A stretch of 64,000 nt of DNA from Felis catus. Lineage: Eukaryota. Made by a program: the position numbers and the translations under genes. Shown piece after piece: positions 23,845-37,655 of this stretch (position 1 is the stretch's first letter; every line of letters begins with the position of its first letter). The notes beneath the pieces are model-generated. The model saw only the letters and a list, made by a program, of their open reading frames with translations, was not told where the DNA came from and did no database searches. The DNA is taken from the NCBI RefSeq assembly GCF_018350175.1, contig NC_058373.1:109370001-109434000 (forward strand). The letters run 5' to 3'.

Positions 23845-25559
23845 GAAGAGAAGGTAAACCTGAGAAGCCAAGAATAAAGTTACAAAATGTTATAGGGGAA
23901 TGATGATGGCTCACAAAGTGCCTATTTGACAAAGGTTTAATTTCGTGGATGGATTTCTATTGAGCCATGAGAAAGGGAACACATTGAAGAAAGTTGTAAA
24001 AGTCTTCCTTTAATTAATTTCTTGTTGTTTAGACAACTTTGCTTAGTGAAGTCCTGAAAAATGAGGAAAAGCACAAAGAAGAGAAGTGAACGCTGCCATG
24101 TGTTTACTACCTCTGCTGTGTTCTCCACCAACCCTCTCCATGATGGCCCTTGACACAGAAACAATATTTGTCTCCAAGGAACTGGGGACTGTTTGTTGCT
24201 GTATGTAACTTTTAGCAAAGACAGCCAGTCCAGGGAAGAGTGAAGAGTGGTAGGTAGGAAGACAAAACCCAGAAAAGCAGTGATCTAGCAAAGGAAAGAG
24301 GAGGAGACCCAAGGATTTCTAGCATACATACATACACACATGCACACACTCACAACTACACAAAGATATGAGAGGATGATGACTCTCAAAGGAAGAAAAA
24401 TACTAATATTTTGATAATAGTAAGAAATATATTTCAATGGGCATATATGCAAGTTATTGTGTAATATTTTAGAATTGTGCCTACATCTATACCATGATAT
24501 CTAATTGAGTCTACTTGAAAAAAAATGTCAATCTGCACTAGTGAAACATTCTAATCATGGGTGATTTTTAAGGTTATATAATTACATTCTTTTTGAGTAA
24601 GTTGAACATATCTGATGACTGACAGAGCTCTGCCAAGTGAAATCCTACAAGATCTGCATTAATGGTTAGCTAATTAGCAACACTAGCAAACAAAACCATT
24701 TACAAGTGTTCTGTGAAAGTACTTGAAAATTTTTGTACTCTTGTTTCTCTCTTCTTGTTTGACTATCCATTTAGTAGTCTTTATTGATCACAAAGAGTAT
24801 AAAGAAAAACTCCAAACCAGCCTTTGTTCAAATTACACACCAGTAGCATGTAAATTAATGAGATTTTTCTCTACTTATTTGAAAAATATCGCCAGCTTAG
24901 TAGCCAACAATGTCATGGCTGGCAAGAAAAAGTGATTCATTAAAATTATTTTACTGAGCTGACGGACCACGTCCAGTTTTTTTCTACCCAGTATTCTAAA
25001 GATTCCCGTTGCCTCTCTTATCTTCAAAATAGTTAACTACAAATTTCAGCTTATTTTGGATACGTTTCCTTAGAGTGATAAATCTTGGAGAAGCTGGAGC
25101 ACCCAGGTACACTGCAATAAGGATACGGCTTGATATGGTGAATGTGAAACAAATTTGCACGCTTGCTCTCTAGGGCATCTCTAAATTTAGTGAGAAGTTC
25201 TGCAGGTCCCAGCCTCCTCCCAGGACAGTGTGTGGGCACTAGGGATTGTCCAAAAAGCCTGCAGCACAGTGCATGGGAGGTCATATGCAATCAACCATCC
25301 ATATATTATATAAAGCAGTAAATAAGGATAACTAGATTTAAGAAAACCACTCACCAAGTAAGGAATATTATTGAAGTGAGTCTGTGAACCTAGGCAATTC
25401 GAGCATCAGAGGCAGGCAGAAGCTAGAGAATGGGTTCTTCTGATGCTGTGTTGACTCTTGCACCACAAGAAAGAAAACCAAATTCTTGGGTGTTTCTTTC
25501 CAACATAAACCAACTCTAGCCTAGAGACCAAGAACATGACTTTCCTCCCCATTGGGTTC

Positions 25560-26254
25560 CAGCCAGGATATGCTGGTAAATGTTTAGCAACTGACTCTCT
25601 GGGTATAGTTCTGACTTGAAAGTTGGTTGATGTTTTGGTTACTTTTAGTGAGTAAGACAGATGTGAAACAATTAAGATATTTGAAACTTCACTAGTTTGT
25701 CATTTATGTGAACAACTTCTTTGCTGAATCAGATAATAATTTTCTAATACTGGAAGGATGTTTCCTCACTTTTTTGTGCCATTCATAATGAAACAACCAG
25801 AAACTGCACACTTGGGTCTAATCTGCATTATTTTCTCTACCCCTTTCTTAGGTCTAGATAGACAAGCAACAAAACAATAACTCAAGCCCTAAGCTGTAGT
25901 GTTTGCTGATGTCCATGGTATAAATACTTACACCATGGCCCCTTCCAGCTACCAACATGATGTCATCGGCTACAGAATTGAGAAGAGATGCACAGTAGCA
26001 CACTCTTATCCAAATTACCATGCAGATAAAATAAACATAAATAACTTCAGAGCATAGATAATAACTACAGAGTGAAATAATTAAGAAGTGATGAGTGTGG
26101 GTACTTTTTCCTTTGATTTTAATAAAATTTATTTCAGTGTAAATTTTCATAATTTACTTTTTAATGATGACTGTATTTAATAGCTGGCTTAGAAAAATCC
26201 TGAAAATTCAACAACCAACTCCTGGGGACACCAGAGATAGATCGGCACACCCCT
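25560..26254. mobile_element. hAT-Tip100 (Zaphod-like) DNA transposon remnant
   Basis: Terminal motif 'tgctggtaaatgtttagcaactgactct' and other end 'aaaatcctgaaaattcaacaacc...gcacacccctg'. Confidence 0.55.
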
Positions 26255-29119
26255 GGTCCAGCCATGGCTTAAATATGTAAAATACTATCCTGAACAAGAG
26301 TAATATGCAATCTACTAGTGTCCTTCAACATATGAGTACTGGTGGCCTCAGAGACCTCAAAGAACAGAGCACTGTAGAAAAGAGACACAAGGCTGTTGAA
26401 AACAACAAAAAGAGAATATTTATAATAACCAAAAACTACAGGAAGAGATACAAAGCAGTGAGTATATAAGAAAAGGATTGTTGCCTTAAGGGTTCCATAG
26501 ATGAGACTTTCAGTAACTATCCAATCAATATCTATTCTTATAAAGGAAACTTACAAAGCTATCTACCCTATACCCATTCTTCTCTTTCTTCTTACTAAAA
26601 GAATGTCATTATGATTTGGAATACCTATGTCCCCAGTTAAAAACTTATACTTTCCAGCTTCCTTTGCAGCTACAGGTGGCCACGTGGCAGTTTGAGCCAA
26701 TGAGAAGTGGGTGGAAGTTACTTGGTAGGGCTTCCAAGAAGGCTTTCCTAAGGATTCATTCAACTGCACATGTTTGTTCCTTCATCTTTTTACTCCCTAT
26801 CTGGAATTCTGTGTCAAGGCCCTGAGATCTTAAGACTAGAGATCCATACCTGAGATATTGGAACAGAAAGATAGAAGTCAGTTCCCTGATGACATCATAG
26901 AGTACCCTTCCATCTCTACACTGCCTACGTCTAATCCTCATTTCATGAGGAAAAATTTTAAGACATAAAATTAGATTAGACTATTCTCACCTGGATTCTC
27001 TGCTGCATGAAGCCAGACTTAAAAAGCCTAATTAAAAAGGGATGAGCATGAGACGATTGGGAAAGAGTGCCAAATGAGAATATGATAGGCCTCAGTCATC
27101 AGCATCACCATTCTGGTTTAAAGTATATCTAAGAGTCCTTCATTAACGCTCTCTCTATCTCCCACTAAACATTTATAAGGACCAGAAAGAGAAAACCAGA
27201 GCTTACTGTGAATGTATTCTAAGAATCAGGAAGGAATTTCAATTAACTGTCCAGCTGTTAAAAGTAGAAATGAGAAGTGATTGTTGGCCTGTGGGTTACA
27301 CTTTGCTACCAGAGGCATAGGTAACAAGAGCAAAAAGAAGGTAGAGGGACAATACATATCTCTCCCACCATACTGGCCAATGCTTAATTGTTTCCAAATG
27401 ATAGAAGTCCAACTCAAATTAGCATAAAAGTTCAGGCAGAGATTAACGTAGAAGTTTGTATACTATGATTAAGACTCAGCTCCCCTTCATGTTTTGTCTG
27501 TCCTTTCTTATGTTGGCTAAATTGAATACCTCACAGGCTTCATGGCACAGTCCCTAGCAGCTCCAGGGTCATATTCCCCTGAGTTCAAAGGCAGAAGAAC
27601 ATTCTTATGTTTCTCAGTCTGGGACCATTATGGCTCATTGGCTCTGCCTGGGTCACCTCCCATCCTTAAATGAATCACTGTTACCAGGGGAGCATGCAAT
27701 CCTCTCATTTGCCATGCCAGGACTAGGACTAGGTCAGGAGCCTTTTCAGAAGCATAGCCTTTTCGAAACAGCATCCCTTATTGCCAGGTTCTACCAGCAG
27801 GGAGAGTAAGGACATACAAAGCTACACCTTAGCCACTTTCTCAATGGAAACTTTCTCAAGTTTCTGAGAAGGCATCACCTTGGAGAAATATGCTCCAGTA
27901 AACCAATTGCTTCCCTATCCCCACCCCCATATCAGCTCTGGGCAACTAGAGAAAGAATATTTCTCAGGGGAAAAAAATTGAATTGGATACCTGGAAAAGG
28001 AAAAATGCATAGAGGGGGCGCAAAAATCACCTCCATTGTACTTTTGTTACCCTCAGGTCTGAAATTCAGAGTCCACAGTCATGGAAAACTAGCCACAATC
28101 CCTCTCCTATGTCAGTAATCCATTCTAAGCCATCACTTCCCAGATTGCTCAAACACTACTACATTTCTACCCACACATATCAGGAGGCCATAACTTCAAG
28201 GGAACAACAAACTAAGAAGGTGGAGGAAGGAGCCTGAGACAGTGTATTTCATCTGGAGAGGTACCGTCCTCAGTGTAAAACCTTGAAGGAAGGAAGAACA
28301 CTGGATGAAGTCGATGCTGGTGATTATAATTTTTCATGTGCCACAATGATTCATAGAGTCAGAGGCAGTGGGAAAACAATGAGATCTTGCGTCAGCCAGG
28401 CAGTGCCACAAGACATGAACGCCTACCAGACTCTAGAGATCGAACTGGGAGCACTTCATGTCAAAAACAAGAGAATGATGTATATTTATCAGGTATACAG
28501 AAACAAAAAGTAACCAAGGGACCCATACCAATTACACACAAAGACTTAAGTAGCACAAAGAGAGAGAATTATGTTGACAAAAAGAACAAACCACCATAAA
28601 TTTTTATAAGTGAACTATATAAAGCGATAACTACTGTAAATAAGAAGGAAAACTATTCATGAATATTATTTCAGATTGACAACAAAAATAAAATCACTAC
28701 GTGTCAAAACTTATCAGTAACGTAGTGTTAATATAATAGAGGATTGTTTTAGTCATTTACTCAATGAAGGAACAAACTACCCCAGGACAAAGATTTTAAA
28801 ATCACTTCTCTCTCTCCCTCTTTGTTATTATCCCCACCACCAATCTACTTGATATTGAAGAGCCTTGAATGGTTCTGTGTTTTCATGATGGTCTCTGGTC
28901 TACTTAATGTATTCTTTATTTTTCTTCTTCACTGACCCCTAGGCTATATTCTACCTGCCACCTATCCAATTATTTAGTTAATATGACATCTTGTTGACCC
29001 ATTGCAATACATTTATTTTAAAGGAGCCTGATAAGAAAAAGATTAAAGATAGAAAGATCTGTCCCCTTGGAGTTAGAGGTCAAGGACAAGAAATGCTGTA
29101 AGAGGCAGATATGGGAGGT

Positions 29120-29551
29120 ACACTAGTTTGGGAGGGTTGTCAAAACAACTACCAAAGACTGGGCAGAAGTGTATTGTCTCACATTTCTGGAATCCCGAAG
29201 TTCAAAATCAAGGTGTCAGAAATGTTGGTTCCTTCTGAGGGCTGTGAGGGCAGATCCACTCCAGGCCGAAAGGATCCAAAGGCTTGTGGAAGGCTGTCTT
29301 CTCCCTCTGTCTTCACCTCATCTTCTGTGCATGTCTGGCTCTGTGTCAAATTTCCCCTTTGTAAAAGGACACCAGTCACATTGGGTTAGGGCCCACCCTA
29401 ATGACCTCATTTTAACTTGATTACCTCTGTGAAGACCTTATTTCCAAATAAGGTCACATTCTGAGACACTAGGGGTTAGGACTCTAATACATCTTTCTTC
29501 ATTTTTCAATGGGGGGGTGGGGTGGGGGGAGGGAGGACACAACCCGTAACA
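29120..29551 (-). mobile_element. MaLR LTR (MLT1B-like)
   Basis: 'aaggacaccagtcacattgggttagggcccaccctaatgacctcattttaacttgattacctctg...aaggtcacattctgag'. Confidence 0.85.
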
Positions 29552-30775
29552 GAAGGAATGGCTCTTTCTGAGAATGGACCAGAATAGAATTGGCAGTGCC
29601 TGCCGTCAGCTGAGTGATGGTTCTCTCTTTAACAAAATTACCAAACTTAAGGAAACTCCTCCTGTTGGTTTGTTGGATCACCCCTTAGCTCACATCACCC
29701 ACTTCCTTTCTTCCATAAGTCAACCGAATCTTTATCTTCCTGTCTACCATTTAATTTTTAGTCACTTAACAAATAAAGCATTAGTTTCTTTTTCATAAAA
29801 CAAAAGCAAAGTCACTACCCACGGATGTCAGAGTGGTATAAAGCTCTTTACATCTGGCCACTGAATAGCTCCAATCTACAAATGGAGTCACTAAGTCCCT
29901 CCCAGACTCTGAGACCAATCTGTTTCCTATACAGGGAATATAAGAGTGGGGCCTCAAGCTTTACTTCTGGTTCCAGACTAACAGAAAACTTCAGTTCGCC
30001 AGTAATTTATTTCATGACTTGTGACCCAGGCTCCCTGTCATCGAATCCTTACCCTGTCTTCTTATTCCTTATCTAAGTTCCTACTTTATGGTGCACCACC
30101 TCATGGCTAGATTCTTTTTTTTTTTCCTTTAAGAGTAGGATTTACAGTTTCTGAATTCTCTGCCTGCTATCTCAATGTAACCTGCAAATTGTATTCTTAT
30201 CCCTGGGCTTCACTCTCTTCAGAACTGGGTCACTGATAAAGTTGCCAAAGTTTTATAATGGTAAATATCTGGTCCCTTGAAACTCTGCCAGTTATTAGTC
30301 TTGTCCCTAACTTGAACATCATGGTACCTGCGTATAGTGGGTACACAGCGAATGTTTGTGTTTTTTGAATAAACATTTATTGGTGTCGGACACTGAACAT
30401 TTGTTAATGTCATTTCTCTCTCTCCAGACCAAGACTAATACCCCCAAAGCACATCTTTTTTTCAAACTTCCATCACTGCCGTTTCATCCCTTACTTTGCT
30501 TCCATCCATAAACCCCTAATCTTTATTGGAATGATGAATCTCTCAGACTCAAATTCAGGACTTGCTTAGACTAGGACTCAAGTCAAGTCATGTCAGCCTA
30601 GTCAGACACTGGTTCTACTACATGCATTATGGCTCCATTTTATGAAGCAAGAGAAATTACTCAGTCCTCACATAAATGATCAAATATATTCCAAGTAGCC
30701 CTAATATCTCCTTCTCTTTGAGTGGCTCAAGACATATGACCACAGAATCACCCCCAATAAAGTACAAGGAGACCA

Positions 30776-31660
30776 TGCAGGAAAGGGTTAACTCAGGCCT
30801 GGTTGCTCAAGCCCTGCACATTCCAAAGAAAGGCCTGATCTAGGAGAACTGGCCTTTAGCCAGCTCCTAGGAGACAACTTCTGAGCCCTTGGAATACCCT
30901 GCTCGATAAAAGTGTCCTATATTCCCGGGGCGCCTGGGTGGCGCAGTCGGATAAGCGTCCGACTTCAGCCAGGTCACGATCTCGCGGTCCGTGAGTTCGA
31001 GCCCCGCATCAGGCTCTGGGCTGATGGCTCAGAGCCTGGAGCCTGTTTCCGATTCTGTGTCTCCCTCTCTCTGCCCCTCCCCCATTCATCCTCTGTCTCT
31101 CTCTGTCCCAAAAAATAAATAAACGTTGAAAAAAAAAAGTGTCCTATATCCCCAAGGCCGTGGGCCAGGCTGTGTCAGTTTGACCAGATGGTTTATGCTA
31201 GCTAATGATGTGACTCACAGTAAATGCCTGTTTTTGTATGCCTGAGGTCCTGAGCCATTTGTACCAGTCTGACCTCTGGGGGGTTGGAACTAGGTAGCTA
31301 AGTTTAATCACATGGGGGCTGCATGCCTATAAAACCAATATGAAACATTATAAAGCTAAAAACCCCGGACACCAAGGCTCAGGTAAGCCCCTCTGGTTGG
31401 CAACACTTCATACATGTTGTCACACATCATTGCTGGGAGAGTTAGGCATACCCATGTGGCTCGACTGGAGAGGACACCTGCAAGCTTACATCTGGTTTCT
31501 CCTGGACTTCTCCCAGTCACCTTTTGCCTTTGTTGATTTTAATCTGTATCCTTTCACTGAAACAAACCATAACTGTGAGCATAGTAGCTTTTTCTGAATC
31601 CTGTAAGTCCTTCTAGCAGATCAGCAAGTCTGAATGTGATCTTGAATGCCTCTGGTTCAG
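30776..31660 (+). mobile_element. Solo ERVL LTR (MER77-like) interrupted by a young SINE
   Basis: Start 'gaaagggttaactcaggcctggttgctcaagccctgcacattccaaagaaaggcctg'; 3' part 'ggttggcaacacttcatacatgttgtcacacatcattgctgggaga' and 'gattttaatctgtatcctttc'. Confidence 0.75.
30927..31134 (+). mobile_element. Young SINEC_Fc-type SINE
   Basis: CpG-rich 'ggggcgcctgggtggcgcagtcgg'; TSD 'aaaagtgtcctatat(t/c)ccc'. Confidence 0.97.
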
Positions 31661-31979
31661 AGCCACTTTGAGTGAACACCAAAATGAGCAAGAGAAGCTA
31701 ATTACTTTAGTTTCTTTATCCCTGTAGATTTTTGCTACTGAGAACACTCAGGACTTCTACATAGATTTATCCTTTTACCTTGGTTCTCACCTCTATATCA
31801 AATCCTCAAGATGAACTGACTAAACCTAAAAAAATTTTCAATGCCTAAATTTATCAACAAAAAATCCAACCTCTATAGATTTGGCATAAGGCAACGATCA
31901 CACATGTTCACATGGATGGGTGTAAAATATTCATTCCAGTATTACTGGTAAGTAAAACACCAGAGGCAACTTTTATGTT

Positions 31980-32436
31980 TTGTTTTGTTTTCATTTTAGT
32001 TAGTCAACATACAGTGCATTATTGGTTTCAGGAGTAAAACTCAGTGATTCGTCACTTACATTCAACACCCAGTGCTCATCACAACACGTGCCCTCTCTAG
32101 TACCCATCAGCCATTAAGCCCATCTCCCACCCACTTCCCTCCATCAACCCTCAGCTTGTTCTCTGTAGTCAATAGTCTTTTGTGGTTTGTTTCCCTCTTT
32201 CCTCTTGCCCTCCCTTCCCATGTGTTCATCTGTTTTGTTCCTTAAATTCCACATAGGAGTGAAATCATATGGTATTTGTCTCTCTCTGATTTTTTTTTTT
32301 TTTTTTTGCTTAGCATAATACATCCTGGCTCTATCCACATTGTTGCAAATGGCAAGATTTCATTCTTTTTGATGGCTGAGTGATATTCGATTATATACAT
32401 ATACCACATCTCCTTTATCCATTCATCGGTTGATAG
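31980..32436 (-). mobile_element. 5'-truncated carnivore L1 3' end
   Basis: L1 3'UTR motifs; TSD 'acttttatgtt' on both sides. Confidence 0.9.
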
Positions 32437-32568
32437 ACTTTTATGTTCTTCAACACAGAAATGTTATAATGAATAATAGAATAACCATACTACGGAATAG
32501 TATGTAACTAGGTACTGATATGTGGTACAATCCAAGAAATATTACTGAGGTTAAAAATCAAGTGTGCA

Positions 32569-32677
32569 GGGGCACCTAAGTGGTTCAGTTGGTTAACCAA
32601 CTGACTGTCTCGTCTCAGGTCTCGATCTCAGAGTTGTGAGTTCAAGTCCTACGGTGGGCATGAAGCCTACTAAAAAA
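32569..32677 (+). mobile_element. Short Can-SINE variant with no CT tract
   Basis: tRNA-like head followed directly by poly-A; TSD 'aaaaatc(aa/gg)gtgtgca'. Confidence 0.85.
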
Positions 32678-32732
32678 AAAAATCGGGTGTGCAAAATGCA
32701 GCTTCATGTTTATAAAAACAAAGTAAAGTCCT

Positions 32733-32956
32733 GGGGCGCCTGGGTGGCGCAGTCGGTTAAGCGTCCGACTTCACCCAGGTCACGATCTCACAGTCCGTGA
32801 GTTCGAGCCCCGCGTCAGGCTCTGGGCTGATGGCTCGGAGCCTGGAGCCTGTTTCCGATTCTGTGTCTCCCTCTCTCTCTGACCCTCCCCCGTTCATGCT
32901 CTGTCTCTCTCTGTCCCAAAAATAAATAAAAAACGTTGAAAAAAAAATTTAAAAAA
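32733..32956 (+). mobile_element. Young SINEC_Fc-type SINE
   Basis: Perfect TSD 'aaaaacaaagtaaagtcct'; CpG-rich. Confidence 0.97.
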
Positions 32957-34585
32957 AAAAACAAAGTAAAGTCCTAATTCTTTTGTTTGCATACACATAG
33001 AAAAGAGCTGGAATCTCATTAATCGGATGCCAGTGGTACCATGGGGCAAAAAAGGAAGGGTGGAGGAAGAACAGATTTCTTTGGTGTTATTTAAATATTT
33101 TTCAACCATTTCTGGTTTGACCTGGTGTCATTGTTATAATTTCCACAGATTTTTTAAATATGAGACATTTCGATGTTTAAACCACTTTGCCTTTATTTAC
33201 AAGGTCAAAACCACCCGACGCTAGTCAGCAAAATTCAGCAGTGTTAGAACTGGTGTTGCATTTCCCTTCACTTTCCCTTCTGAGCAGTCTCCCCTGAGCT
33301 GTGCTGCTGGTTTAGCAGAAGGGATCTGGCTCACTGGGTGTGAGAACAGGGAGCTAGAAGGGAGCTTGTAGACAGCCTGCGTGAGAATGAAGCTCCTTTA
33401 CAGTGCTCATTTGACCCTACTTTACTTTGTCATAAAGACCTTTAAAAACTAAATATGAATGTTCTTGTTTCCCTGGCTCATGGAACACCCTAGGCAGGAA
33501 TTACCCCCTTTAACCCATCCTTTATATTCTGTGGGGCTGGGGGACTCCCCACTCTTGAAGAGCGGCGTGAGTACTGAGTGCGGGTTGTGAGCATTATGGC
33601 GTGATAAAGAGCACCTTTCCTGGCTATGTTCCTGTTCAGCCAACATCATGCAAGTCCTCTTCTGCTTGAAATATCAGTTTTTCTCACCTGTAACACAAGG
33701 ATCGTGAATAGATCATCTCTAATATCATTTCCAGCACTGCAATTCTAACTGTATTATCACAATCAATTAGCTCCATTTTCCTTCCCCTGGCATACCTTCT
33801 TCCCCTCCCGCAGCTAAACACCCTTGTTTACTCCCAGCCAAACACCCTTGTTCCCAAGAGAAGGAAAGGCTAGGCTTCTATGAAAAGAAAGCAAATGATT
33901 CCTATTGGGCAAGTATCATCAGCCATCACTCAAGTCCTCATCTACCATGAGAAGAAAGAAATACATTAAATACTTTTACATAATTCGAATAAAACTACCC
34001 ACTTCATATTAGTTGCATTGTATAATTCTACCTCTCACACAGCAATTTATATCTTTTGATGTCTATCAAGAAGATGAATTAAAACTTTGATTAATGAAAA
34101 ACATATGTTTCATATTTATATGTCCTCTTTAATCTTTTGTATGAATAAGGAGAGAACATTAATCTCTGACAAAAAAGGAAGTCTCAGCGTGGTGAGAATA
34201 AGGAACAGGCCTCGGTGCTAACAGATGTAATTCAAAGAGCTTGTGATCATTTTCAATTTCTAAGGCCAACGTCTAGATATTTCTAACATTTATTTTTGTC
34301 TCTCAATTTGAAGCCCTATCAGGAAACACAAGAAGAGAAACATTCATTCATGGTCTTCATTTTTAGAACAAATTGAGTCTCATTATAAAATGTCCATATT
34401 TTTCTACTACAATTAATCTGCTCACAAGAGGGTCAATGGCAAAAGATTAATGGATCACAAATGAGGACTCCTGGGCATAGCAGAACGACCGCTCGCATTC
34501 TTTCAGCCATGACACAACATAACCCAAGTGCCCAGCAATTCTGCACTAACTTACAGCACACATACTGTACCATTTGTTGTTGTTG

Positions 34586-34800
34586 TTTTAATTTTTTAAT
34601 ATTTATTTATTTTTGAGAGAGACAGAGACAGAGTGTGAGCAGGTGAAGGGCAGAGAGAGAGGGAGACATAGAATTCGAAACTGGCTCCAGGCTCTAGGCT
34701 GTCAGCACAGAACCTGACGCGGGGCTCAAACCTACCATCTGTGAGATCATGACCTGAGCTGAAGTTGGATGCTTAACCGACTGACCCACCCAGGCACCCT
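34586..34800 (-). mobile_element. Can-SINE
   Basis: Reverse-complement full structure. Confidence 0.95.
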
Positions 34801-35449
34801 TCACTAACTGTGTTTCTGAGAGAGCTCAGCATTGTGAGTTCCTGAAATTTAATGTACATCCTATTTCACTTTTGTATAAATCCCTGAAGTTAAGGGTCAT
34901 AGAAAAATGTTGGTAATGTCTGTTCTGTAGCACTACATAGGCGATAGACATCGACGATATTTGTGGTTTCCTTGGAGCAGCTCTTATGCTTCACATTGTT
35001 TACTGAAGGAGTTAATTTTAGATTGAACACCAATAACATCTGAAAAAATAACCTTGGGAAACTCTAGTTATAGCAACTAAAAGATAATGTTATATAAAAC
35101 TGTAATTTAGCCGGTAAGCATATTTATGGAACAGCTGTGAACCAACAGATTCTGTCATGATCTGAGGTCGGCACAAAATATATAGATGACAAAGTCCTTT
35201 TTTTTTTTAAGAAATGTATACTCCACATGGGGCCCAGAGCATGGGAGGTAACACTATGATTTACTAAAGAAAGGTATAAACTAGTCTGAAATCAAATTGA
35301 GAGGGTGAATGCTGAGTCTATCAAAGGAAGGTGTGAAACAAATCAGCAAGTGTTATATATGCCTGGAGCCATACTTCAAGGAGCTTGGTTAGGGGGAAGG
35401 AAAACACTTGCTGGCACGGTGGAAATGGCAAGAGAAGGTTGGAACATTC

Positions 35450-35555
35450 GGTGCATCTCACGTGCATATTCATACTATGGGTTTCCATTTTGGAAATGGT
35501 AACCATGGCACAATGGCAACAAACAATATCAAGGCTGCAGATACCTAAGCAGCCA
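35450..35555. promoter_or_regulatory. Candidate enhancer: E-box, POU-type and RFX X-box-like motifs
   Basis: cacgtg; tgcatattcat; 'ggtaaccatggcac' (35498-35511) plus 'atggcaac' (35513-35520) in non-repeat sequence. Confidence 0.3.
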
Positions 35556-36129
35556 CTCCTCAACCTGGCTGCGTTCCCAAGCACTTTTAAATAATTATAC
35601 ATGAACCCGAGTCATAGAGAAAGGGAAAAGGCTGCAATTCATCTGTATAAACAAATCCTTAATATCAGCTTTTCTATTTTCCTTTTTTTCTTTCACTTAA
35701 AAGTACACTTAAAAGCTTCCAATATCAGTCACAATGGAGTGGCTGATACCAAACTAATCATCCCACCGGAAAAAATTACAAAACCTGGACAAGATATTTT
35801 AAAGTAACTGCAGGGATTGAGGGGGAATAAGCACAGGCCGTGTTTTGATGCATGTGGGAAAGAAGGTACAGGTAGTGAGCTTTATCGAATTCACCCAGCC
35901 CTTTTCCTGAGATTGCTTTTCAGTTTCCCATAAGCAGAGGATTAGACCCGTACAAAAAATATATGGCTCTTAATGGACTATGGAGAAAAGAGTTTGGAGT
36001 CTGGGCACTACAGGGGATAAAACTTTAACATTAAAATCACAAAGAGAAGGGAGCCTTGAGGAAAGGAAGCCCGTGATCTGCATATAAATCCCCCTCAAGT
36101 GCGGATCAACACCTAAACTTCACATGCAA

Positions 36130-36690
36130 AGTGTGAACACAAAAGAAGTAATTCCTAATCAATAAGGCAAGAAAGCAATAAAGCTATACAGATTGTGTCT
36201 ATTCTCAGACAATGTGACAGTCATTGTGGAAAATCCCACTGAATCTGAAAAAAAAAAAAGCCTAAAACTAATGAGTGAGTTTAGCAAGATCTTAAGATAC
36301 AAGGTCCATATTCAAAAGTCAATTGTATTTGAACACACTCTTCACAATTAAAAATTGGGCATTGAATTTTTAATAATTTTTAATTTTATCTTTATTTTGA
36401 GTGAGAGAGAGCAAGCAGGGGAGGGGCAGAGAGAGGGAGAGAAAGAGAATCCCAGGCAGGCTCCACACTGTCAGCACAGAGCTGGAAATGGGGCTCCAAC
36501 TCACAAACTGTGAGATCGTGACCTGAGCAGAAATCAAGAGTCAGAGGCTTAACCAACTGAGCCACCCAGGCACCCCTGGAAATCGAACTAAAAACGGAAC
36601 TATTTATAATAGGTACGACATTAACAAAATATGTGCACTGATCAAAGAAGTAAAAATTAAGTCAAAGACCTAAATAAATGTTAATTACAC
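36130..36690 (+). mobile_element. Old L1 ORF2 fragment interrupted by a SINE
   Basis: 'gtctattctcagacaat', 'aactaatgagtgagtttagcaag', 'aaagacctaaataaatg'. Confidence 0.65.
36367..36576 (-). mobile_element. Can-SINE
   Basis: Reverse-complement head 'cttaaccaactgagccacccaggcacccc'. Confidence 0.95.
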
Positions 36691-36878
36691 CTGAGTAAAA
36701 TAATAATAATTTTAATTGAGGGAACCACACCGGAAAGCCATACTTTAAGTTTTTCGCTAGGGGAGTGGAAGAGGATGCCCTTGAGCCATGAAGCCTGGAG
36801 ATCTAACCTGGCCATATGCCTCCGTAAGAACCTCCTATAAACATCACAAAAATATGTCTCATTAAAATATAAGTAACA

Positions 36879-37078
36879 GGGGCCCCTGGGTGGCTCAGTT
36901 AAATGGCCGACTCTTGATGTCGGCTCAGGTCATAATCTCTCAGTTGGTGAGTTTGAGCCCCACATCGGGCTCTGTGCTGGCTGGCATTACAGAGCCTGTC
37001 TGGAACTCGTTCTCCCCCCGCCCCTGCCCCTCTCCTGCACTCTCTTTCTCAGAATAAATACATAAACTTAAAAAAAAT
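36879..37078 (+). mobile_element. Can-SINE
   Basis: Head and tail; TSD-like 'aaat..(a/g)agtaaca'. Confidence 0.93.
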
Positions 37079-37443
37079 TGAAATCTGAGTAACAACAAAG
37101 TACTGTGCTCTACATTCACACAAAGTTCCTACGAGAAAAATTAAAAGATGAAAAAGAGTAAAACAGCTTTCTTACAGACACTGTAAGACCCTGAAAACAC
37201 CAGGAAAATACTGGCACAAAGCAGATGAAAAGTGCAATCTAACATTCCAACTGAGGGTTTTAAACTTCTATGCAGCAATTGAAACTCTAAAGGAGAAATA
37301 CCAAAACTCAGAGAACAGATGGCGGCCGGACAAGAGGAAATGATAATAGATAACAGGAGGATGTGCAACAGGAACTGACAGCACACAGGAAAATAAATAA
37401 AGAAAAGAAAAGAAAAGATGAAGGCATTTAAAAATGAAGACTA

Positions 37444-37655
37444 GGGGCGCCTGGGTGGCGCAGTAGGTTGAGCGTCCGACTTCGGCCGGGTCGCGATCTC
37501 GCGGTCCGGGAGTTCGAGCCCCGCGTCGGGCTCTGGGCTGATGGCTCAGAGCCTGGAGCCTGTTTCCGATTCTGTGTCTCCCTCTCTCTCTGCCCCTCCC
37601 CCGTTCATGCTCTGTCTCTCTCTGTCCCAAAAATAAATAAACGTTGAAAAAAAAA
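37444..37655 (+). mobile_element. Young SINEC_Fc-type SINE
   Basis: Perfect TSD 'tttaaaaatgaagacta'; CpG-rich. Confidence 0.97.

Noticed and set aside
28006..28022. CTCF-like 'agagggggcgc'
   Set aside because: The 5' half of the core (CCASY) does not match.
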